Below are positions 15,784 to 24,461 of a stretch of 30,215 bases of DNA, one piece after another (position 1 is the first letter of the stretch; each line of letters begins with the position of its first letter). Source of the stretch: a virus (taxonomy: Duplodnaviria > Caudoviricetes); IMG/VR virus record IMGVR_UViG_3300012940_000081, positions 1 to 30,215 of that record; one strand, given 5' to 3'. The position numbers were made by a program, and so were the translations under genes. The notes beneath the pieces are model-generated. The model saw nothing but the letters and a program-made list of their open reading frames with translations, was not told the DNA's origin and did no database searches.

Positions 15784-18528
15784 GTGCCGCTCCGCGTAGC
15801 CGAGCTCGAAACCCTGTTCACCGCGAACGTCGACCAGATCGCGAAGGCGGAGAAGCAGGTCAAGGAGACCGGGAAGCGGATCGAGTCGAAGCCGATCAAG
15901 GTCGACGCGGACGCGAAGGGTGCGGTCGCGTCGATGGACCGGGTCGAGGCGCAGGCGAAGCGGATCGTGTCGGCGAAGACGCTCGCGACCGTCGACGCGA
16001 ACATCGACCGTGCCGAGAAGCAGTTCATGCGCGTGTACGAGCGGCTCGACTACCTGAAGTCGGTGCGTACCGAGCTTGACGTCGAAGCCGACATCACCAG
16101 GGCTGAAGCGCAGCTGCAGCGTGTGATGCGGAACCTGGACGGGCTGCGTGCGGCGCGCGCCGAGATGGAGGTCGATGTCGACCCGGAGCCCGCCGAGAAG
16201 GGGCTGAAGCGGTTCCTGTCGCTGTTCAAGAAGCAGACGGAGGACGCTGGCACCGAGGGCGGCAGGTCGCTGACCAGTGGGCTCGACAAGGCGACCCGCG
16301 GGGCGGGGCAGAAGGTCGCGGACGTCGTCGGCGGTGACATCGAGGACACTCTGATCAGCGCGCTCACCGCGATCCCGATCGCGGGCGGTGTCGTGCTCGC
16401 CGCGGTCGGGATCGGGAAGGCGATCAGCGGCGCGATCCGCGACGGTCTCGAGGTGGAGCGCGGGTTCGACCGTCTCGCCGCTCTCACCGGCCTCGACGAG
16501 GCCGACGCGCTGCGGATCGGCCGCGCCGCTGGTGAGGCATACGCGAACGTGTTCGGCGAGTCCATCGAAGCGAACATGGACACCGCGCGGCTCGCGCTGC
16601 AGTTCGACATCATCGACGAGAACGCAACCACCCGCGACGCGCAGAAGGTCATCCAGGGTCTCGCCGGGATCGCCGATGTGCTCGGTGAGGACGTCCGGCC
16701 TGTCGCGACTGCCGTCACCACGCTCCTGCGCACCGGGCTTGTGAAGTCGGCCGACGAGGCGTTCGACCTCATCGCGGCAGGCGCCCGCGAGGGCGCGAAC
16801 CGCAACGAGGACCTCATCGACACTCTCACCGAATACCCTGCCCTGTTCCAGCGGCTTGGGCTGTCCGGTGAGGAAGCGCTCGGGCTGGTCGTGCAGGGGC
16901 TCCGCGCGGGCGCGCGGAACAGCGACCTCGCCGCCGACGCGCTGAAGGAGTTCCAGATCCGCGCGACCGACGCGTCCGAGTCGAGCGCTGAGGGGTTCCG
17001 ACTGCTTGGGCTCGACGCGGAGGAGATGACGGCGAAGATCGCTCGCGGCGGCCAGGACGCCCGCGACGGCCTCGACCTCGTCCTCGACCGGCTCCGCGAG
17101 ACCGAGGACCCCGTGCTGCGCAACGCGGCCGCAGTCGCCCTGTTTGGCACCCAAGCGGAAGACCTCGGGCAGGCGCTGTTCGCCATGGACCTGTCTTCTG
17201 CGGTCGCGGAGCTCGACGGGGTGACGGGTGCCGCGCAGCGCATGTTCGACACGCTCGCGGACAACGACGCGACGAAGATCGAGCAGGCGCAGCGGAACAT
17301 CGAGGTCGCCGTGCAGGGCATCCAGGGTGCGCTCGCGGCCGCGTTCTCCGAACCCCTCGGTGACTTCGCGGACTGGGTGTCACAGAACCGCGGCCCACTG
17401 ATGCAGTTCCTTCTCGACCTCGCCAACGGTGCGCTCGACTTCGGCGAATCGGTCGTCGAAGGCATCGCCGGCGGGACCGAGGCCCTCGGTGAGTTCGTCT
17501 CCGGCCCGCTCGCCGATCTCACGAAGGGGCTCGCCGGGTTCGTCGGGTTCTTCGACAAGGAGGCCGGTGAGGGCCTCGACGCGCTCGTCGAGGACATGCG
17601 GGCCTTCGACGAGACGACATCGGTCGCCGCGGACACGTGGCGGACGAACCTGGGCGGTGCGCTCGACGATGCGCGCACCCGGCTCAACAAGTTCGCCGAG
17701 CAGCCCGTCGCGCTCGGGTACCTGAACGATGCGACGCTGCGGCTCGCGGACGCGATCGACCAGGTCGGGTCGTCGAACGGGACCCTGGAGGAGCAGACGC
17801 GGGCCGCCGTGGACGCACTGTGGGATCAGCTGGCCGCGGCCGACGAGGCGGAAGAGTCGCAGGAGAACCTGCGGGAGAAGTACGACGCGGCACGTCAAGC
17901 GCTGTACGACCAGATGATCCAGACGGGCGCGACCAAGGAGGAAGCGCAGCGGCTGATCAACACGTACCTGGGTGTGCCCGACAAGGTCACCACCGAGATG
18001 ATCGCCGAAACCGCGAAGGCACGGAACCAGGTCGATGAGCTGATCCGCACCTACGACGGGCGGGAGATCCGGCTGAAGCTCACCACCGATCAGGTCGTTG
18101 TCAACGGGCGCGTGTTCGGTGGTCTGCGGCAGGGGTACCACGGCGGCATCGCCGACTACCAGTTCATGGCCGCGGGTGGGATACCCGACCTGACCCCGAT
18201 GAACAGCATCGCGTCGATCGTGCCCGCGAACACGTGGCGGGTGGTCGGCGACCGGCCCGACGTGCCGGAGGCGTTCATCCCCCTCGACGGGTCCCCGCGG
18301 TCCCTCGCGATCCTCGCCGAGACGCTCCGCCGCATGCCGGGACTCAGCATGGGCAACGGGGGTGTCACGAACGGCGGAAATGCGGCACCGACCGAGTTCG
18401 AGGCGTATCTCACCGGGGGACGGCTGGAGATCGGCGGCGACGGGCTCGCCCGCATCATCGACGGCCGCATCCGCCTGACACAACGCGAGACCATCGCCGC
18501 GCTCCGCGGTGGAATCCAGAAGGGGTGA
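15784..18528 (+). CDS. Tape measure protein
   Basis: 914 aa, Ala-rich and helical; ADALKEFQIR and ALFGTQAEDLG motifs; C-terminal AAGG...PEAFIPL. Confidence 0.93.
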   Translation: MPLRVAELETLFTANVDQIAKAEKQVKETGKRIESKPIKVDADAKGAVASMDRVEAQAKRIVSAKTLATVDANIDRAEKQFMRVYERLDYLKSVRTELDVEADITRAEAQLQRVMRNLDGLRAARAEMEVDVDPEPAEKGLKRFLSLFKKQTEDAGTEGGRSLTSGLDKATRGAGQKVADVVGGDIEDTLISALTAIPIAGGVVLAAVGIGKAISGAIRDGLEVERGFDRLAALTGLDEADALRIGRAAGEAYANVFGESIEANMDTARLALQFDIIDENATTRDAQKVIQGLAGIADVLGEDVRPVATAVTTLLRTGLVKSADEAFDLIAAGAREGANRNEDLIDTLTEYPALFQRLGLSGEEALGLVVQGLRAGARNSDLAADALKEFQIRATDASESSAEGFRLLGLDAEEMTAKIARGGQDARDGLDLVLDRLRETEDPVLRNAAAVALFGTQAEDLGQALFAMDLSSAVAELDGVTGAAQRMFDTLADNDATKIEQAQRNIEVAVQGIQGALAAAFSEPLGDFADWVSQNRGPLMQFLLDLANGALDFGESVVEGIAGGTEALGEFVSGPLADLTKGLAGFVGFFDKEAGEGLDALVEDMRAFDETTSVAADTWRTNLGGALDDARTRLNKFAEQPVALGYLNDATLRLADAIDQVGSSNGTLEEQTRAAVDALWDQLAAADEAEESQENLREKYDAARQALYDQMIQTGATKEEAQRLINTYLGVPDKVTTEMIAETAKARNQVDELIRTYDGREIRLKLTTDQVVVNGRVFGGLRQGYHGGIADYQFMAAGGIPDLTPMNSIASIVPANTWRVVGDRPDVPEAFIPLDGSPRSLAILAETLRRMPGLSMGNGGVTNGGNAAPTEFEAYLTGGRLEIGGDGLARIIDGRIRLTQRETIAALRGGIQKG

Positions 18529-18531
18529 CGC

Positions 18532-19347
18532 ATGGCCGGTCCGACTCTCACACCAGACCTGACGGGGAACCCGTTCGTGGAGGTGTTCTTCGAGGATCTG
18601 CATGAGGACGCCGCGACCATCACGATCCACCGGCTGTCGGAGGACCGGGACTGGCTGGTTCGTGGCGGGGTGGAGATCGCGACCGGTGTCGCCGCGCTCG
18701 ACTTCGAGGTCCCGTTCAAGACGGAGGCGTCGTACAGGGCCGAGCAGTTCGACACGCTGGGGAACAGTCTCGGGTTCACCGATCCGTCGAGCATAACTCT
18801 CGACTACACCGGCACGATCATCCATCAGCCGCTCGCGCCCGCGCAGCTGTGGGCGCCGGTGCGGATCCTGCCCGACTCGGTCGCGTCCCTCGTCCGCCCC
18901 GCGCCGGGGGGTGAGATGGTCGCGGTGGAGGGAGGCACGGTCGCCCGCTGGATCGGCGCACCCCGGCAGGGTCTTCGGGGTGTGCGGGTCGCGGTGCGCA
19001 CCGACACCATCGAGCACGCCGCCCAGTTGGAGGCCGCGCTCGGCACGTACGTGACCCGGCAGGTTGGGGTGCTGTGCATCCGCACGTCCACGTCGATCCG
19101 GTGGCCGCGCACGTTCTTCGCCCGCGGCGACCTCGCGCTCACCGACCATGACGTCCGGTTCGGGGGCACGAAGACCCGGTTCGACGCCGTCATGGACGAG
19201 ACCGAACCCCCGTTCCCCGGCCTCGTGGTCCCGCTGCTGACGTACGACGACCTGGACGCGTACGGCGACTACGACGTGCAGGACGCGAACTGGCTCACCT
19301 ACACCGACCGCGACCGGGCGTACGAGCTCGCCGGTCTCGCCGGGTGA
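18532..19347 (+). CDS. Minor tail protein (distal tail, Dit-like)
   Basis: First gene after the tape measure; DFEVPF motif, TYDDL C-terminus. Confidence 0.75.
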   Translation: MAGPTLTPDLTGNPFVEVFFEDLHEDAATITIHRLSEDRDWLVRGGVEIATGVAALDFEVPFKTEASYRAEQFDTLGNSLGFTDPSSITLDYTGTIIHQPLAPAQLWAPVRILPDSVASLVRPAPGGEMVAVEGGTVARWIGAPRQGLRGVRVAVRTDTIEHAAQLEAALGTYVTRQVGVLCIRTSTSIRWPRTFFARGDLALTDHDVRFGGTKTRFDAVMDETEPPFPGLVVPLLTYDDLDAYGDYDVQDANWLTYTDRDRAYELAGLAG

Positions 19348-19360
19348 GGGGGAGACACCG

Positions 19361-19564
19361 ATGACCCTGAACCTCGGCGCCGGGTTCGAGCAGGCGATCA
19401 TCGCCGCCGCCGGCCTGCAGGACTTGAACCTCGACCCCGGTTCCATGCTCATCGGGCCCGTGAACGACCCGATCACGACGGTCAGGTTCACGCTCGTCGT
19501 CGAGGTGCCCGGCGATGTCGTGCGGGAGGCGATCGCGGACGCGATCGGGACGCAGGAGGCCTGA
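19361..19564 (+). CDS. Hypothetical 67-aa protein
   Basis: GGGGAG RBS; fills the gap and carries the next gene's RBS. Confidence 0.55.
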   Translation: MTLNLGAGFEQAIIAAAGLQDLNLDPGSMLIGPVNDPITTVRFTLVVEVPGDVVREAIADAIGTQEA

Positions 19565-20680
19565 ATGCGGTTCACCAACGACCTTCTCGGCGGTGTCCTG
19601 TCCGGGTCGTTCGATCATTTCTGGTCCGCGGACCTCGTGTACAACGGGGAGGCGCGTCTGCTGAACGTGCCGCTCACGGATGTGGTGTTCCGGGAGGACG
19701 GGAACCGGAAGGTGCAGCAGACCGGGTCGTGCCGGATCGTGTGGACCGACCCGTTCGGGAAGGCGATGTCACCCAGGCAGGTGACGGACGCGTTCGCCCC
19801 GTTCGGCGCGCAGCTGCGGGTGTATTCGAACATCGTCGCGGGCCCGTTCCTGCAGCGGATGCAGTACGGGGTGTTCGACATCACCGACGTGCCGTCCGCG
19901 TACGACGAGGACATGGTGTTCCGGGGCGTGGTCGTGTCGGTCGGGTCGGTGATCGACCTCACGTTGGCGGAGCAGCTCGCGAGCGTCGGGCAGGAGACGT
20001 TCGACGTGCCCACCCCGCCGTCGCAGCTGGCGTCCGCATGGGCTGAGGCGGCCGTGATCTCAGGCCTGCAACTGTCCCGCACCCTCGACGACGCGGCGAT
20101 CACCCGGTCGACGATGTACAAGGAGTCGAAGCTCGACGCCCTGTACGAGCTGTTCGATGTGATCCTCGACGGGGTCCCGCACATGACCGCGGACGGGACG
20201 CTCGCCGGTCGCCCGAACGTGTGGCCCGCCCCGGTGCACACGCTGCGGCGCGGTGAGGGTGGGCAGCTGGTGCGGGTCGGTGCGGCGATGAGCGCCGAGC
20301 AGGTGTACAACCGGGTCGCGGTGCGCGCGATCTCCGGGGAGCAGCGCAGCATCCTCGCGGTCGCGGAGGTCACCAGTGGGCCGCTGCGGGTGCGGAACCG
20401 GGATGGGTCCCGGTCCCCGTACCGGGCGCGGACGTTCTACCAGTCGTCCGAGTTCGTCACCACGCGCGCTCAGGCGCAGGCGTGGGCGGACTCCACACTC
20501 CCGCAGGTGTCCACCCTTCGGGCGCAGGTGATCCCCGTGGAGATGACGTTCGACCCACGGGTCGAACGCGGTGACGTGCTCACCCTCGAACGGCTCCGCG
20601 GCGACATGACCGTACGGGTCCGCACCATCGAACGCACCACCCGAGGGACGCAGCAGCTCACTGTGGAGGTGGGGCAGTGA
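19565..20680 (+). CDS. Minor tail protein (baseplate hub-like)
   Basis: Synteny; GVFDITDV...VYNRVAV...SPY...DPRVERGDV. Confidence 0.75.
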   Translation: MRFTNDLLGGVLSGSFDHFWSADLVYNGEARLLNVPLTDVVFREDGNRKVQQTGSCRIVWTDPFGKAMSPRQVTDAFAPFGAQLRVYSNIVAGPFLQRMQYGVFDITDVPSAYDEDMVFRGVVVSVGSVIDLTLAEQLASVGQETFDVPTPPSQLASAWAEAAVISGLQLSRTLDDAAITRSTMYKESKLDALYELFDVILDGVPHMTADGTLAGRPNVWPAPVHTLRRGEGGQLVRVGAAMSAEQVYNRVAVRAISGEQRSILAVAEVTSGPLRVRNRDGSRSPYRARTFYQSSEFVTTRAQAQAWADSTLPQVSTLRAQVIPVEMTFDPRVERGDVLTLERLRGDMTVRVRTIERTTRGTQQLTVEVGQ

Positions 20681-21543
20681 TCGGCGACGCCGACACCGTC
20701 CTCGGCATCCTCGGCGGGAAGTCGCAGGTGCGGGTCATCGCCGGCGCGTATCGGGGCCTGGACGGGTTGCGTGCGCTGGTCGACTTCGACGGCGGCCGGG
20801 TGCCGGCGCACTTCGCCACCGGGTGGCGGCCCGGACTGAACGACCCCGTGTGGGTGACGGTGGTCGACGGGGTCGCGTTCCTGCTCGGCCCGACCGCGCC
20901 GCCCGCGTCCGACGGGACGGTCGTGTCGGTCGCTTCCGGGATCGCGACGATCAGCACCGACATCGGCACGGTCGAAGCGACCTACAACTCCGGGGTCACG
21001 CTCACCGCCGGCCAGGAGGTGAAGCTTCTCGCTCACGGCGGGTACCACGTGGTCGGGGTGAAGTCCACATCCCCGACCGCGCCGACCGTCCCGGACGGGC
21101 CAGGTGGGGGTGGCGGCCGGAAGACGGTCACGTTCACCGCGATCGACTCCGGGTCGTACCAGGCGTACTGGTGGAACAACGACGTCTGGTCGTCCGCGTC
21201 GAACAAGGGCCTCTGGTTCTACGGGAACAAGATCCGCGACACGATCCCCGACAGCGCGGTCATCGTGCGCGCGCAGATCTACCTCCCCCCGCCGATCCGG
21301 CTGACCGGGGCGCGCCCGTTCGGGGTGCACGGGTACGCGACGAAACCCCCAGGCGCGCCGACGATCTCGTCCACGTCCACCCTGCCCGGCACGTCCGGGT
21401 GGGTCGACATCCCCACGAACCTGATCGACCACCTGAAAGCGAACACGGGCGGGCTCGGGTTCGACATCGGCGGGTGGAACATCTGGCCCGGCGTCCAACG
21501 AGACGGACAGTCCGGCGCGATCCGAGTGACTTACGACACCTGA
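20677..21543 (+). CDS. Minor tail protein
   Basis: Synteny; N-terminal OB-like segment, Pro/Gly linker, beta-rich C-terminal domain (GLWFYG). Confidence 0.7.
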   Translation: MIGDADTVLGILGGKSQVRVIAGAYRGLDGLRALVDFDGGRVPAHFATGWRPGLNDPVWVTVVDGVAFLLGPTAPPASDGTVVSVASGIATISTDIGTVEATYNSGVTLTAGQEVKLLAHGGYHVVGVKSTSPTAPTVPDGPGGGGGRKTVTFTAIDSGSYQAYWWNNDVWSSASNKGLWFYGNKIRDTIPDSAVIVRAQIYLPPPIRLTGARPFGVHGYATKPPGAPTISSTSTLPGTSGWVDIPTNLIDHLKANTGGLGFDIGGWNIWPGVQRDGQSGAIRVTYDT

Positions 21544-21556
21544 GAAGGGGCATCAC

Positions 21557-22210
21557 ATGGGATACACCGCATCCGGCGGCCCGAAGGGACTGGGCGTGTT
21601 CAACAACACGCCTCAGACCACAGCCGACCTGAATCAGCTCATCGAGTTGATCGCCCGCGTCGGCAACTACCTCGGCCCCATCACCGAGGCAGAAAGGGAC
21701 GCGCTGACAGGCCCCGCGCTGTATGCGGGTCTGATGGCGCACAACACCACCGCGAACACACTCGAGTTCTACACCGGCTCGGGTTGGTTGGTTGTCTGGC
21801 GTGCACCAGTGAACACGAGCAGGTTCGTGCGCACGACACAGAACGACTCGTCTGTCGGCACGGGCACGTACATCGGCCTCGCTGAGGGGACGATCGTCAA
21901 CCCGCCTCCCGGTCAGTACCTGCTCATCGGGCGTGCGTCCGTGTACGCGAACGGCAGCAACGTCGTCGGGCGTGTCTATCTCGAGTGGCAGATTGGCGGC
22001 GGCGCGATCACCCGCGAAGAGGCCCGCTGGGACCTGCCGAACGTCGGTGCGTCGCCGGTGTCAGCGACCGTGCACCGGGTGATCACGCACACCAGCGGCA
22101 ACCTGCGGGTGGCTGTCGGCTACCGCCGAGATTCCGGCACGTTCGCCGTCACAGGACAGGCCTCGGGCGAGACCGTGGTGACGGCGACATATCTTGGTCC
22201 CGGTGTGTGA
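21557..22210 (+). CDS. Tail fibre / receptor-binding-like protein
   Basis: TEAERDAL...GLMAHNTTANTLEFYTGSGW fibre motif followed by a beta-sandwich C-terminus. Confidence 0.65.
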   Translation: MGYTASGGPKGLGVFNNTPQTTADLNQLIELIARVGNYLGPITEAERDALTGPALYAGLMAHNTTANTLEFYTGSGWLVVWRAPVNTSRFVRTTQNDSSVGTGTYIGLAEGTIVNPPPGQYLLIGRASVYANGSNVVGRVYLEWQIGGGAITREEARWDLPNVGASPVSATVHRVITHTSGNLRVAVGYRRDSGTFAVTGQASGETVVTATYLGPGV

Positions 22211-23040
22211 TGGGTGGCGCGCCGAACCTTGTGACGCTCGCGCCGAACATCCAGCTCGAGCCCGGCGCAGCCGCTGCATTTCTGAGGCTGGCCGTGCGGC
22301 TCGGGCGGGTGCCGGACGTGAACCGGACCTACGCCGATTACGACACGCAGATGCGCATGTACCTCGCGTGGCAGTCGTACGTGAACGGCACCGGCCCATA
22401 CCCGGGGCACTCCCGCGCCCTGCACCCCGACTACTCGATGCACTGCCGGGGCCTCGCGTGGGACTCGGACGACTGGCGGACACCGGGATTCAACGCTCTC
22501 GCCGCCGAATACGGGTGGATCAGGACCGCCGCTGGCGACCCGACGGAGCAGCACCACTTCGAATACCAGTGGTGGGAAGACCAGCACCGAAACGAGCCCG
22601 CCCCGGCGGGATTGGAGGACGACATGCCGCTCACCGACCAGGACGTCATCAAGATCCTCGACGCCCAGTTCCAAGTCACCGATGCGAAAGGCGCGACCCG
22701 CGTCGTCCAGGTCAAGCAGGCACTCGGGTACGCCGTGCTCGGTCACGACGCGACAAAGGCCGTGCCCGGGGATGTCTGGCGTCACCCGTTGCAGCACACC
22801 CTCGCCAAGAGCGCCGACGGGAAGCCCGTCATGGTGCCCGCGGGTGACCTGCTCCGCTACGAGCCGGCAGAACACGAAGCGACCCGGCGCGCCGTGGCCG
22901 CGGTGGCCGTCGGCGACATCGAGTACGACCGGATCGCTGCGGAGATCGCGGAGCAGTACCCGACCCTGGACCCGTACGCGTTCGCCGTCGCGGCTGCAGA
23001 CGAAGCCGACCGACGCGCGCGGGAACGGCTCGGTGGCTGA
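22210..23040 (+). CDS. Endolysin, M15-family Zn peptidase
   Basis: SMHCRGLAWD (SxHxxGxAxD) and EQHHFEY (ExxH); precedes the membrane genes. Confidence 0.82.
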   Translation: MGGAPNLVTLAPNIQLEPGAAAAFLRLAVRLGRVPDVNRTYADYDTQMRMYLAWQSYVNGTGPYPGHSRALHPDYSMHCRGLAWDSDDWRTPGFNALAAEYGWIRTAAGDPTEQHHFEYQWWEDQHRNEPAPAGLEDDMPLTDQDVIKILDAQFQVTDAKGATRVVQVKQALGYAVLGHDATKAVPGDVWRHPLQHTLAKSADGKPVMVPAGDLLRYEPAEHEATRRAVAAVAVGDIEYDRIAAEIAEQYPTLDPYAFAVAAADEADRRARERLGG

Positions 23041-23072
23041 ACCCGACCCTCGCCATTCGGAAAGGACGAACC

Positions 23073-23213
23073 ATGCTGTACCCCAACGGCACCAAGACCA
23101 AGCCCACCGTGTCGTCCCCGTTCGGCCCGCGCAAGGTCACGATCCCCGGCGCGTCGAGCAACCACCAGGGCGTCGACTTCGTCGGCTTCCGCGCCTTCGC
23201 CCACGTGCGGTGA
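23073..23213 (+). pseudogene. Truncated M23-peptidase endolysin relic (46 aa)
   Basis: VSSPFGPR...NHQGVDF (HxGxD) then stop; strong GAAAGGA RBS; no HxH motif. Confidence 0.7.
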
Positions 23214-23671
23214 CCTCGGAGGCACCCGCGGTGCCGTTCGCTGCCCCGTCGTGGTTGGTCGATTGGCTGTCCGCGTGGTCGGTGTGGGACTTCATCCTCC
23301 TGACGGGCGCGGTCGTCGGTGTGGTCGAGTTCATCCGCCGCAAAGGGTGGCGGTGGCTGAAGGGGTTCGCGAAGGCGATCCTCGCGATCGCCGAGGTCAT
23401 CGACAACGTGAAGGAGCTGCCCGCGTTCATCGCACGCACGGATGAGCGGCTCGAGGAGCACACCCGGCAGTTGAAGAACAGCCACGACTCGAACCTGCGC
23501 GACGACATCACGAAGGCGCTGGAGACCGCCGAGCGCACCGAGCAGAGCGTCGAAGGGCTGCACGGCCGCCTCGACGACGTCGACCGGCAGCTGTCCGCGC
23601 TGACCCGTGAAGACGAGGCGTTGTGGGCGGCGATCGAGGAAACACAGAACCCTGAAGAGGAGACACCATGA
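23210..23671 (+). CDS. Lysis-region membrane protein with coiled coil
   Basis: One hydrophobic segment, then NSHDSNLRDDI and a heptad-like tail; GTGA overlap. Confidence 0.7.
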   Translation: MTSEAPAVPFAAPSWLVDWLSAWSVWDFILLTGAVVGVVEFIRRKGWRWLKGFAKAILAIAEVIDNVKELPAFIARTDERLEEHTRQLKNSHDSNLRDDITKALETAERTEQSVEGLHGRLDDVDRQLSALTREDEALWAAIEETQNPEEETP

Positions 23672-23982
23672 GCAACGTCATTCCCGAGAACGTGCGGCTG
23701 GCCGCGAAGCGCGCGTTCGTGCGCACCACCTACCAGGCGTACGCGGCCACCCTCTCGGCTGGTCTGCCGTCGGCGACGGCGATCGTCGCGCTGATCCAGA
23801 ACCCGACCGGGTGGCTGCTCGCCGGCATCACCGTCGCCCTCGCGGTGGTGTCGCCGCTCGCGGCGGGCGCGGCCGCGTACCTGCAGTGGACCGCGAAGGG
23901 CCTCCCCGACGACTACCTCCCCGCCGCCGCCGACCAGACCATGTCCCGCGCGGAGTACCGCGCCCACCTGAAGGAGAACTGA
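23668..23982 (+). CDS. Holin
   Basis: RAFVRTTYQA motif followed by two hydrophobic segments; lysis cassette; GAGGAG RBS. Confidence 0.72.
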   Translation: MSNVIPENVRLAAKRAFVRTTYQAYAATLSAGLPSATAIVALIQNPTGWLLAGITVALAVVSPLAAGAAAYLQWTAKGLPDDYLPAAADQTMSRAEYRAHLKEN

Positions 23983-23984
23983 TC

Positions 23985-24413
23985 ATGGCTCTCGAGATCT
24001 CATCCGCGCTCGCGTCCGCGTTCGACACCGCAGCGACCGCCGCGTGCGACGACGCGTTCGTCTCGACCGTCGGCACGAACGCCGTCCTCGAGATCCGCAC
24101 CGGCTCGCCCGCCGGAGTGTCGAACAGCGCGGGCGGTGACCTGCTCGCGTCCGTCACGATCGCGTCGTGGACCGCCGGATCCCCCGGCGCCGGTCAGGTC
24201 ACCGGGTCGAACCCGGGCGCTGTGACCGCGACCGACAGTGGCACGGCCGCGCACTTCCGGCTGAAGACGTCCGGCGGCACCGCCGTGATGGAGGGCACCG
24301 TCGGCGAGTCCGCCGCGGACCTCGTCATCGACGAGACGGACTTCGTGGCCGGCGGGAGCGTCGACCTGGGCGCGCCCGTGTTCACCGTCCCTGTGACTGC
24401 CGCGACGTCGTAA
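23985..24413 (+). CDS. Small beta-rich putative virion fibre/decoration subunit
   Basis: AAGGAG RBS; LEIRTG...LLASV...SGTAAHFRL...EGTVG...ADL pattern, Ala/Gly/Thr-rich. Confidence 0.6.
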   Translation: MALEISSALASAFDTAATAACDDAFVSTVGTNAVLEIRTGSPAGVSNSAGGDLLASVTIASWTAGSPGAGQVTGSNPGAVTATDSGTAAHFRLKTSGGTAVMEGTVGESAADLVIDETDFVAGGSVDLGAPVFTVPVTAATS

Positions 24414-24461
24414 CCCCCCGCTCCGGGGTTCGTGTCGGGTTGAGGGGGTTGAGGGGGCGTC

